Below, piece by piece: positions 11,215 to 22,319 of a stretch of DNA of 64,000 nt. The stretch is from Chrysomallon squamiferum. Taxonomy: Eukaryota; Animalia; Mollusca. The translations under genes were made by a program, and so were the position numbers. Every line of letters begins with the position of its first letter. The stretch's first letter is position 1. Below the pieces are notes generated by a model that was not told the DNA's origin, made no database searches, and worked only from the letters and a program-made list of their open reading frames with translations. The DNA lies in NCBI GenBank assembly GCA_012295275.1, contig CM022668.1, forward strand, positions 15,376,001-15,440,000, in the 5' to 3' direction.

Positions 11215-14200
11215 TATTATTCAGATTATGTGAAACTGTCAGCACACTTGTTTGACTCTCTGGACTTGCAGAAAACTGGAAAAGCCAGCAAAGTTTTGTG
11301 TGATGCTGTGTTAGATCAGCTGAAGGCTGCACTGGGAAGTTCCAGAACTGACGTGAAAAGGTTTGAATTTTGTTGTTTACAAAGTAAATCTTTCACACAC
11401 ATTTTAGTATTGTCAAATCACACAGAAGGATATTGAAATTTCACTGTTATCACGTTGCACATAAGTACATTGAACATTTTCTATTATCAAATCATGCATC
11501 ACTTTATTAAAATTTCACTAATATTAAATCACACATTTTTTGTGTTATTAAAGTTTTACCATTATCAAATCAGATCACTATATTAAAACTACACTATTAT
11601 CAAACATGCATCACTTTTTGAAAATTTTACTGTTTTAAATCATGCATCACTATATTAAAATTCCACTATTATCAAATTATGTATCACTTTATTAACATTT
11701 CACTATTACCAAATCATGTATCACTGTACAAAATTTTTACTTTTATTAAATCACACATCACTTTATTAAAACTTACCTGTTATATTAAAGACCATCACAA
11801 GAAGTTATAAATTAAACTGAATCTATTACTTTCACATCACAGTTATTTTTATACTTATAACTATATTAAACTTAACAATAATTATCCCTGTTAAATGCCA
11901 TTCATAAGAACATATTCTAATGGGTTTTATTTTCTAAGTAGATAAATTGAAATTAACACACATACACACACGTACATATACATATATATATATATATATA
12001 TAACTTATATCAAAGTTTTACTTTTTTCTTGCTAGAATAAAACAGAAAAACATAGTTTGGAAGTATCTTAAATTTCTCAGTTTATTGTTTTTGTTAATCG
12101 TGGTTTTTTTAATTATAAATATTGGTTTTTGCTACCCTGTTTATTTTTTGTTGGGGTTTTCTAAAGTAATTACAGTTTATTTCATATTTCATATATTTAA
12201 TATTCATGTTTATAGTTCATCAGAGCCTTCTTGAATATAACAACAAAAGTAATATACTAATATATGTATTTAGTCAGTAATCTCATACAAATTCACATGC
12301 ACACGCATTCACAAACACACACACACACACACACATACACACACACACGTATAAAGAATTGGTGTCAAAGTTTCATTTTTTCTTTGCTAGAAAAAAACAT
12401 CAAAACATAGCTGGGAGGTATCTAAAATTTCTCAGTTTATTGTTTTTGTTAGCTGTATTTAATTAACTATAAAGGCTGGTTTGTACTATCCTGTTTATTT
12501 TTTGTTGGGTTTAACTAACATGATTACTGTTAATTTCATAGTTCATATATTTCATATTCTTGATTATTGTTCATTAGAATTTAGAGCCTTCTTGAATGTA
12601 ACAAAAAATGTAACATACAGATATTTGTACATACTTACATACAACAGATTTGTGCACACATACACACACAAATATATACATACATGTACATACATACACA
12701 TACACACACACACAGACATACACAAACATGTATATACATACACATTTACAACTATATATACACACACATTTTATTATGTTTATTTGAAGTAAATACACGG
12801 TTTATAGTTAATGTAACCATCTAGAATAATCTGTACATATTTATATTCATATACAATTGCGGTAAGTAAATTTTATTTACTGTATTCTTTATGTAGGATA
12901 ATGGAATCTGGATACAACCTTGGACCTGATGGACTGCACCTTGCTCTGGACAGGGTGAGTCTAAAAAGAAAACCTTTATTTATAAGAAAAACACATTAAC
13001 ATACACTATATCTGCATTCACACACACACACTGGTTTGTAGTGAAATACATACATTCATTTTCCTTATGCATTTACAAATATTTGTATAAGAACAGGGAT
13101 CGACAGAAGCAGACACACACAAACAGACAGATGGTAAATGACAGAGATCCATACAGAGAAGTGGGGTAAAGGGAAATAGACAGACAGAGCGAAAGGGAAG
13201 GGTAGAAAATCACTGAAAAACAGAGATGGGTGGTGTATGAATAGTCAGCACTCAACAATATTCAAAATACAGCATCCCTTGGTATATGTATATGTGGGGA
13301 GGTGGTTTCAGTGGAAAAGTGGATGTAAACGATCTTCATTTTAACTAATAACTAAAAACAAACCATAAAATTATTAAGACAAAATGTTTCATCTCAATTG
13401 TTTATTGTACAAACCAATTGACTGAGTCCTGTTACAAATAACTGTTAATACAGTTTGTCTAACAAACATATATTTAATTTACTAGGTCCATTTATTGCTA
13501 TATTGATAACTTACCATCAATATAACTATCTCTTGTTATGTCCAACAAATACATCTTAATTTATTGTGTCCATATATTAATTTACTGTGTCCATTTATTT
13601 TTGTAATTGATAATGTAAGCATTAATATAACAGTGTTTTGGTGTCTTTAACAAATACATCTTAATTTATTGTGTTCATTTATTATTCTAATTGATAAAGT
13701 AGATGAAATTTTTTCTAGGCACTCAGCCGGGAGAGAACCCACAACCAACAGACAGCTGATAATTTTATTATGGAAGCTTGTGATGCATTTCTTACCAAGG
13801 TAAATTTTTCTTTCACTTTTTTTAATATGAAAAACCAGGAATATATATATATATATATTACTAACAGTTATGGAACTGGGTTTCACTAAAGGTGTCTGTA
13901 TATTATTTGCCTTTATTTTATGTTTGTGTGTGTGTTTGTTTTGTGTATGTTCACTTATTGTTTTTTTTGTTTTTTTGTGAGTTAGTGGAATCTTAACAGA
14001 GAGAGAGAAAAGAAATTCCATTCATCTGGAATTGTATACTGACTCATACCTGTTGGAAATGCAGAAGTTGTTACGCTTTATATATCTGGTTTATTCACAT
14101 TTTTGTTACTTATTTTCCAGCTTGTAAAATAAATGCCCTAAATAATAGTCTTTACTAATCCAAATTGCAAAGTTAAAAAAATAATAATAATAATAATATA

Positions 14201-15707
14201 TTTTTTATTTGTGCAGATTGGATGGTTGCAGTTTTTTTCTTCCTGCTTAAATATTGGTTGTCTGGCAATTAAAGTGTTAATTGTTTTATGCTAATTTACA
14301 TGCATTCACTATTTGTCCACCATTTTTGTTGCCTTTACAGTTAATATTTGAGTTTACACAAGGCTTTTGATTTTAGTTTTGATTAAAAGTTCTGCTTTAT
14401 TTTGAATTTGCTTTAATTATTAGACTTTGTTTTTTGCATTTAAAATAATATTTTTGTAGTTTGACATCTTATTTTCATGATTAAACAATTTTTATAATTG
14501 GTCTTTATATACATATGATTTGTTTTCCGTTTGAAATTATTATTATTATTATTATTATTTTTTTTTTTTTTTTATTATTTTTATTTTTATTTTTTTATTA
14601 TTATTATTATTATTAATCATTTTTGAATTTCTTTTTTTTTGACAATAACAAGAACATCTGGGCATATTTAAAAGTTTATAAAAGAGTTTAACCCTTATTG
14701 TACAGGAACTGAATATAGTCATTTTTGATAATAATTTCTGGACTTCTCTATCGTTAATATGACATACTGTGCACAATTTATTTTTACTGGCCAATAGAAA
14801 GAGGTTGCAAGAAGTGATCTGCCAATGATTGACACATTACATCATAAGCTTTTGTGGTATATTTCTAAATTTAGAACAAAAGTAAAATTTGAAGTTAATA
14901 CTGGGTTTTACATATAGGGTTGTTTGACCTATTTTTACAGTCAAAAGTTTTATTTCATAATTTGATATCTGATTTGGTATTTTATAAAGTTTTGTTTAAC
15001 AGTTTACATTTAATAACTTGGATGCATTCTTCTTTTTTTATGAGCTTTTGAATTATTTGATTTTACAGTCAGAATTTTCATTTTTATATAACAGTTTGAT
15101 TTTAGAGTTAAACTTGAAGTTTTGAGTTTTATTTAACAGTTTGTTTAATAAATTGGATTCTTGTTTTGGTTTTTGATAACCTTATGACTTGTTTGATTTT
15201 AGATTTACTAAAATCATATTTAAAATTTTGACTTGCATTTATTAGTTCATTTAACCACTTGATTTTACATTTATTTAATAATTTTAGTTTAGTTTTAAAT
15301 TTAACTGTTTGTTTTTTTTTCAAAAGTTTACTTAACCAATTTTTATCTTGTATTTTATATTAAACATTTTTGATTTAACAGTTTGATTTTACGTTTGTGA
15401 TTTGGTTTAAGTGTTTGAATTTACATTTAAAAAGTTTGATTTAACAGTTTGATGTTTGTTTTAAAGGTTAAAAACTTTCATTTAACAGTTTGATTTTACA
15501 TTTAAAGTTTGATTTAACAGATGGATTTTACATTTAAAGTTTTATTTAACAGATGAATTTTACATTTAAACTTTGATTTAACAGTTTGATTTAACATTCA
15601 AGGTTTTATTTAACAGTTTGATATTCTACATTTAACGTTTGATTTTACATTTAAAAGTTTGATTTAACAGTTTGATGTTTGTTTTACAGGTTAAAAAGCT
15701 TTCCTGA
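7989..15707 (+). CDS. TPGS1: Tubulin polyglutamylase complex subunit 1 (257 aa, complete)
   Basis: Exons 7989-8055, 8780-8870, 9503-9633, 10264-10339, 10676-10791, 11225-11360, 12897-12954, 13719-13799 and 15690-15707 sum to 774 nt with phases consistent. Motifs FLERTGV...VRDVLAKIVANRPVDPIDFLATYF (dimerisation/docking-like), THHSRPVFDSNVRVAY, GLTGAVYTDLL, IQCCDFEAVPYDVFRSAV and FLTKVK resemble TPGS1. Confidence 0.92.
8780..8870 (+). CDS. TPGS1: TPGS1 exon 2 (ERTGVGNIVRDVLAKIVANRPVDPIDFLAT)
   Basis: tttcacag acceptor, ta|gtaagt donor. Confidence 0.92.
9193..9478. mobile_element. Non-autonomous Tc1/mariner-superfamily (pogo/Tigger-like) MITE, 286 bp
   Basis: TIRs CAGGTACTGGACCAATT and AATTGGTCCGGTACCTG (16/17 match), flanked by TA on both sides; no ORF; subterminal AAATCCAGAAATCTGGA-type repeats. 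Confidence 0.82.
9503..9633 (+). CDS. TPGS1: TPGS1 exon 3 (YFVSQEEQ...THHSRPVFDSNVRVAYEILSKPR)
   Basis: ttttcag acceptor, g|gtagat donor. Confidence 0.9.
9700..10220. repeat. Degenerate ~40-bp tandem repeat in TPGS1 intron 3
   Basis: Recurrent cagttttaatatccagtgaagtatag units. Confidence 0.75.
10264..10339 (+). CDS. TPGS1: TPGS1 exon 4 (ATTGKASKKSGLTGAVYTDLLYMLC)
   Basis: atttcag acceptor, ag|gtttgt donor. Confidence 0.88.
10676..10791 (+). CDS. TPGS1: TPGS1 exon 5 (SDIPTAITSKLMKKIQCCDFEAVPYDVFRSAVFTCCVLQ)
   Basis: atttcag acceptor, g|gttagt donor. Confidence 0.92.
11225..11360 (+). CDS. TPGS1: TPGS1 exon 6 (DYVKLSAHLFDSLDLQKTGKASKVLCDAVLDQL...VK)
   Basis: ttcag acceptor after a (TAT)n tract, ag|gtttga donor. 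Confidence 0.9.
11410..11790. repeat. ~37-bp minisatellite in TPGS1 intron 6
   Basis: Unit about atcaaatcatgcatcactttattaaaatttcactatt, roughly 9-10 copies. Confidence 0.85.
12010..12720. repeat. Diverged tandem duplication (~355-bp offset) in TPGS1 intron 6
   Basis: tcaaagttt...ttgctagaa...aaatttctcagtttattgtttttgtta...agagccttcttgaat occurs from 12010 and from 12365; each copy is bounded by CA-rich tracts. Confidence 0.85.
12897..12954 (+). CDS. TPGS1: TPGS1 exon 7 (RIMESGYNLGPDGLHLALDR)
   Basis: tatgtag acceptor, agg|gtgagt donor. Confidence 0.9.
13719..13799 (+). CDS. TPGS1: TPGS1 exon 8 (ALSRERTHNQQTADNFIMEACDAFLTK)
   Basis: ttttctag acceptor, aag|gtaaat donor. Confidence 0.88.
14930..15689. 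repeat. TTTGATTTAACAG/TTTTACATTTAAAG minisatellite running into the TPGS1 last acceptor
   Basis: Many copies, most homogeneous at 15370-15689. Confidence 0.85.
15690..15707 (+). CDS. TPGS1: TPGS1 terminal exon (VKKLS*)
   Basis: ttttacag acceptor; gives ...FLTKVKKLS*; AATAAA about 200 nt downstream. Confidence 0.78.
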   Translation, partial: VKKLS

Positions 15708-15904
15708 CACCCACTTGTATTGGCTTCACAATGCTTCATTTCTGATTGTCATCATTCACCTGCCATGTTGCTATGTCACCTCACATTTCACTACACTGAT
15801 GTTTGTTACCATGGTAATGTGTGTTTCTGTATGTCCCAGTTAGGAAAATGTTGTTATTGCAGACGTTCTGTTATGTATTTGTTGTTTTTAATCGTTGTTG
15901 TTTG

Positions 15905-15910
15905 AATAAA
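15905..15910 (+). terminator. Candidate TPGS1 polyadenylation signal
   Basis: AATAAA followed by a T/GT-rich downstream element (ttgttttgttttg). Confidence 0.55.
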
Positions 15911-16099
15911 ATCAGAAGTACATTTCAATGAATGATTTTACTTGTTTTGTTTTGTTTTATTTTGGTGTCTTAACTGAATGAAAGGCAGGCATAATGTAAT
16001 TGTAATTTATAATAGATTTATTACTGCTATTTTATCATTTATTATTCTCATTATTCTTATTATTATTGTCATTATCATTAATCATCATCATAATTTTTA

Positions 16100-16142
<43 letters not shown>

Positions 16143-16174
16143 GAAATGTATATATTTATTTATTTGTTTAATAA

Positions 16175-16425
16175 CTGTTGGCTGCAGTTAAGGCATAAAT
16201 CTCAGGTTTGATGTACTCTTTAGGGTTTTTCCTGTTCCAAAAATTGCTCCAAAACCTGTTTATTAAAACTCACAGAAAATTAATAACTTTGGACCTGTTC
16301 TCATAAAAGATCCCTTGATGTTGTGGAGTGGTGACTTCAGTTTTCCTTTATAATTTTATATATGTTGCCTAATCACCATTAATTAAACAAATATATAAAA
16401 ATATTTATTGATTAAAAATTTCCAG
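16175..16425 (+). mobile_element. Degenerate tRNA-derived SINE (MetaSINE-like)
   Basis: Ordered blocks ttcctgttcca..tgctcca, ataaaagatcccttg, agtggtgac..ttttcct and an AT tail resemble the mollusc MetaSINE consensus (recalled from memory, not searched). Confidence 0.55.
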
Positions 16426-16535
16426 TAATATAATAATATACTTACTACTATCATTTTTGTATATTACACTTTTTTTTATATTTTTCATCATGTAACAACA
16501 ATAAATATATATTGATTTTATTATTTTTTATTATA

Positions 16536-16570
<35 letters not shown>

Positions 16571-16849
16571 TTCTTTGAAATAATAATTGCATAAAGATAA
16601 AATATCACAAGCATGACAGCTAAATATAACGAAAAAGCCTTTTTAACAGAACTAAATGCTTTTTTGTTTCTGATTGTTATCCATTTTGTATATCATATGC
16701 AGTAAGCAAAGTAATAAAATTTGATGAGCTGTAATTAAACAAAAACTCATGCTTAATATTCATAAAATTTATATTCTAATGTTACTAATGTCTGAGTAAC
16801 ATAACTTAGTTCATAATAAATGATCAACAAATACATGGTTTGATAACAA

Positions 16850-16972
<123 letters not shown>

Positions 16973-17274
16973 TAATTACAGTATTTGAGATCTTGCAAAG
17001 TAATCAACCAAATAAACTAACCTTTTTCTTAGCCAGCAAATAAACTCAATGATATTTTTTGTATAATATATAAAATAATAATAATAATGTACACTTTGTA
17101 CAGTGACAGTGATAAAGCTGTTTGTTGTTATTTATATTTTAATGTAATTTATATTTCAGGTTCCAGAATATATGTAGACATGTGGACTTTGTTGAATGTA
17201 TTGCTGTTTTCTGATAACCTAACATTATGATGATGAGCAACTGATTGTTGGAAAGCTAGAGTTCTTAGTATCAT

Positions 17275-17610
17275 CAGAGTTTAAACTGAAGTGTTAATTT
17301 TACATTTCAGTTAACAAGTTGATGGTTTAAATCATCTGGAATTGTTTCTTAAATGTTATATTGTTGTTAGCACTTCAGCTGAAGTGTTGTGTTGAATTCT
17401 GTATTTAAGTATTTTGTGGCCATAGCTTAAATGAACTGAAAAAGCTTCTTGAAGCTTACATTTAAATTAAATTTCATTTTATGGGCCATGGCTTCACGTA
17501 ACTGAAATGACTTGTTCAATTTTACATTTCATTTAACACTGCCATAGTTCGAATTAACTGAAAAGGTTTTGTGCCATTTTACATTTCAGTTATCACAGCC
17601 ACTGTTGAAA
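17275..17610. repeat. Degenerate ~55-65-bp tandem repeat
   Basis: Recurrent gccatagc..aactgaaa..ttttacatttca. Confidence 0.7.
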
Positions 17611-19730
17611 GATTAAAAAATATAATAATAATTTCAAAAAATTATTTTTGTGCCATATAATTGTGGAGTTGATAAAATTGTACATTTGTTGACAGAATAC
17701 ATATTTTTAACCACGAGTCTTCAGATATTTGTAATAATAACCAAGTGTTTCTTGGTATGTGTGGTTTCATGATTTTATTTTTTTTTTTTTTTTTTTATTA
17801 TTATTATTATTATTTTTTTTTTTTTTTTTTTTTATTTCCAGGCTATATAATAATACTAAGAAAATGAAGAAAATGTTCTATTAAAGAAATGCTTGATTGT
17901 GTATTGATTAATTTCTTTGAATTCATTCTTTTTGACATTAATTTCGGATAGGAATTCCATTGTGTGTAACCAATAAAGTTATTGGTTCATACTTTACATA
18001 TTTATGAAGGTTTATCACATATTTTACCTTGAATTCATAACTAAAAATAATTTTATAAAATAAATAATTATTTGTCAGTGTGTGTTATTTGAGTGCAGTT
18101 TTTAATGTTTTAAGATGAAATATCACAGGTGAAGAAAAATAATGACTTACAATACCCTCATCCTGCAATGAAAAATTATGTAATTAAACTGTAACAATGT
18201 AATTCAGATGCTGAAGAATTTTTTGTTTGTCCAGACCAGCTAAAATTAGATATTTATTATCAACCAGCTAGAGATTGTCTTTCACACAAAGGAGATCAAA
18301 TAGCAAATCCAAAGCCATGAGTAGTTGGTTCATTAAGTTTATAGCTTACAGATTCACAACCCATGAAAATGAAAATAATAATATGAAAGACTCAAATTAA
18401 TAGTTTGTTTCTTCATACTCATGTACAGTAATCAAGGATTATGGGAAATGGTGTGAGTATGATCATGAAAACAATTATAGAAAAAAGACTGTATTTTAGA
18501 TATTTCCAAGGGACTGTTTCTTAACCTTCAATCTTTGATAGCAAAAAGTTTATGAATAAAGTATTTATAATACTATTTTCACATCATTTTAGAATGAGAA
18601 ATAATAAAAAGATTACAAAAGTGATTAAAAAACAACAACATTAATATACAAAAATAAATAAATGCCAACAATTCAGTTAGAATTTAACATTTTGTACTGA
18701 TTTACTCAATCTGTCAGGGTTTGTTCTACTATGAAAAATGAAAAATGAAAATAACTGCAAAGACCCTTCTATTCTGTTTTATGTTTATGAAAAGGCTGAT
18801 ATTGACTTTTAAGTAGTAATCAAATTATTTGATACGTATTTGTGCATTTTATATATATATATATGTATAGATAGATAGATAGATATACATGCTGGGCTTG
18901 ATATATACTATATATATTGTTATTTATTTATTTATTTTCTACTTCTATTACAACTACTATAACTAGTATAACTACTTTTGTTGTTGTCATGTTGCAACTG
19001 TTGCTATTGTTAAGGTTACTCTTATAGGCATTCTATCTGTGCAAACATTTTTGCGAGAAATGACTTAATCTGCATTCTCTAAATAACTAAAAACCTCGTT
19101 TTTTTTTTTTTTTTTTTTTTTTTTTTATTAATCTGCTACTGCAGTTTGAAAACGTCACGAGAGTGAGGAAGAAATGCAAAGAAAAACATTGTTCTTCCAT
19201 GATTAGCTTCAGCAATATTATCAGTTGGGTGTTTAATGTTGTTGGGTGCATGTAGTTTTCGTCACTTCAAAGGAATTGGGTGGCATCATAAATGGCACGA
19301 TCACGGTATTCAAATCAATAAAAATTAAAAAATACAAAAATACAAAAGCATTAAGTAGTTTAAATATTTTTTAATTTATATTTGCATAACAAATAAATAA
19401 ACAAACATGTAAACTTTAAAGGACACAGAAACTGCACAAAACATATATATATATATATATAAGTCAAATTAATTTAAAGTCCGTTTTTTAGCCACAACCA
19501 TAAACTGACGTGAAGGAAAAAATGGATTTTCCGAAAAAGGCAAACAATCGAATATTAATTTACCTTCACAACGTGAGCAAAAATGTAAGTAATAACTATT
19601 TTTGACCAAATAACGAAGTCTGATATTGGCTTTCAACAAATATCAAGATTAAAGATATAAATGTACAAAATCACAATTAACTCTATATTACACAGACAAA
19701 AGAAATAAAAATGAAGTCTAATGAGTAAAA

Positions 19731-19800
<70 letters not shown>

Positions 19801-20464
19801 AAGAAGAATTGATAGAATATAAAACAGGAAAATAACCTTGGACAAAAAGAAAACAAAACAATCAGTTACTAGAAACCGATAATTAAACCTTTCGCCGTGT
19901 GTTGCTATGACTACTTCACATTAACTGTATTTTTTATTATTATTAGTTTTGATTTGAATTTATTGCGATGAATGTAAAAGTTATAGCTATTTTTTCTCTC
20001 TCCATTAACTCTTAATAAAGTGCTGCAAGTTCAAAGTGCTTAAAGTACATTCTAAATACTTTGATTAAGTGAAGCAGAAAAACTGAAAAGAATAGTTTGA
20101 TGAAAATCAAAAGATGTTTAAATCTATGCATAAGCTTCGCGTGCGACATAATTTCAATGTAAAGGTTATAAAAGGAAGAAAAAGAGAAAACGGTTACAGA
20201 GTGCAGATTTTTGTCTGAATTAAGGAATGTGTCTGCGCATATGTATTTGCGATTATCGATCGACTGGTTTTCCTTATTTGGTTAAGTGAAAATAGTTATT
20301 TATTTGTTTATATATTAATCCTTTTAAAATATTTACCATCGTAAGTAAATATAAAACTGCTTTATATTTATAATTCTGTAATTTATATACTGCAAATTTC
20401 CATTATTTAAAAAGAAAATCTCTTTTATTATTTATATTTATAATTCTAAAACGACGTGCAGGTT

Positions 20465-20785
20465 TTGATCGAACTCCAAGGGACAAAATCATAAAATTAG
20501 AAAATGCATTATGTTTAAAATATTTAAGATCAGTTTAGTCCAAAAATATAAATATTTACATTATAAATGAGCAAAAACATTTAGCCTAAATCATTGCTGT
20601 CAACAGTAAATGATTATTTTAAATGTCATATGTCTACGAAAATCAAAATCTTTTTAACCTAAATTATCGTTCTTGAAATTGATGCTAGTGAGGTCCCTTG
20701 AGTAGATTGTTTACGTCACAATTGAATAGCAGACGTCAAGGGACTTTTGTTCAGAAATACGACTTTTCGTGAGTTTTGCCTTTTG
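20465..20785. mobile_element. Degenerate DNA-transposon (MITE-like) relic
   Basis: atcgaactccaagggac (about 20469) has an inverted partner ggtcccttgagtagat (about 20692) and a further caagggac at about 20737. A related gtcccttggagt occurs at about 23804. Confidence 0.35.
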
Positions 20786-21107
20786 TCATTTGTTTTATAA
20801 TAATTAAATTCATATATTATGAAAAGGGCAAATATATAACCAAACATTTTTGTTATTGTATTTTCTTCATTCCCAAAGCAACAAAATAATTAAATATATT
20901 TTGGTTACTACAGAATCGACGTTCTAATTTGGTTGGTATGTTCAGTGGAATCAATAATAATTAAAATTCCCAACAGAAATTTTTCATTATACGTTTCCCC
21001 TGACTAATGGTGTTTCAACGTTTAGAATAGCGTAAAGGAAAGTTATAAATAATTCATTATTGGTCTTTTAAAATATATTTTATTTTTATTTATTTATTTA
21101 TTTTTTA

Positions 21108-21147
<40 letters not shown>

Positions 21148-21368
21148 TTTTTTTTTTTTTTTTTTTCGTGAACCTGCCCTTTTCACAATGCTAATAAATC
21201 CTATTAAGTTTTAATTTTAAATACACCAAAGCAGATTGTAAATTTTATTTTGTTTTAATGATATACTGTTTACAAATAGATAAACCCACTAGAAGATTCT
21301 TTAATAATTGTTTTCCGTTTAAAAAGCCGATTTAAAATGTTGGATTGTAGTTCCTGAGGAAAACAGCA

Positions 21369-21372
<4 letters not shown>

Positions 21373-21422
<50 letters not shown>

Positions 21423-21476
21423 CATACATACATACATACATACATACATACATACATACATACATACATACATACA
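21373..21476. repeat. (TA)n(TACA)n microsatellite, probably in the ANKRD33B-like 3' UTR
   Basis: Direct reading. Confidence 0.9.
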
Positions 21477-21789
21477 CATACTTATACATAAGTGTATGTT
21501 TGTGTGACTGTGTGAAATTTCAGTCCAATATTTTAAATCAGCCTTAGTGTCGAAGACTTCAAATTACTTTTGTCAGAAATATAATTATGGAGGCATTGTA
21601 TTAACAACCACACTGATTCCATATTTTGGTCATAGGTGTGATGTTGCGAATTAAAAAAAATAATAATAAAAAATAAAAAAATAAAAAAATGTAAAAAGAA
21701 AAGGATAAAATAAATCAGTAAAAGAAATAAATACTTTTAAAAGTTCATATTTACACAGTGGTGGCAATGAACTGCCAGAGAAACGAAAT

Positions 21790-22319
21790 TCACGAAGAAT
21801 GAAAATCTTGAAGAATGCATTTTCTCGCTGCTTTTTTTCTGGCTATCCTTCCTGGTTCGGAGCGAGGGAAATCGTCGTCGTCATAAGGTATGGTGACTTC
21901 GACTCTGGGAATACAGTCCGTACTCACTGGACGCTTTAAGGCCGTTGTCGATGGCGGAGACATCAACTCCGGGAGCGCCGGCGTAGAAACACAGCGAGCG
22001 ATGACCGCAAACGGACTTCCAGAGTTTGACGCGTTTAAACTTTGCGATTCACGCTGGCCGCCAGGTAAAACACTTTTGATCTTTCTGCGCAGAGAACATC
22101 TCTTTTTGACGTTCTTGTGGACGTCGTTGCTAGCCACTTCCGAGGCCAGATCGGGGACACTGTTCGAGCGTTCAGACTGCGCAAGTTTTGATTTCAAGTA
22201 AAAACGTTTTGTGTTTGAAAACTTGGATATGGCTTCCGAACATTCTGTTCTTCCAACATATCTGGCCCACTCCTCTGCGCAAAGTTTTCTTCCATGGTCG
22301 CGAAGTTTTGGGTCACTTC
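21790..22319 (-). CDS. ANKRD33B: ANKRD33B-like last exon (GSDPKLRD...EEWARYVGR...QDFHSS*)
   Basis: ttttgtag acceptor; open frame continues into ORF 21790..22197. Confidence 0.9.

Noticed and set aside
12862-12896. GTAAGT donor-like site just upstream of the TPGS1 exon 7 acceptor
   Set aside because: It would define a 35-nt intron with no plausible upstream exon; the gene model is complete without it.
21890-22201. 103-aa plus-strand ORF
   Set aside because: Antisense shadow of the GC-rich last exon of the ankyrin gene.
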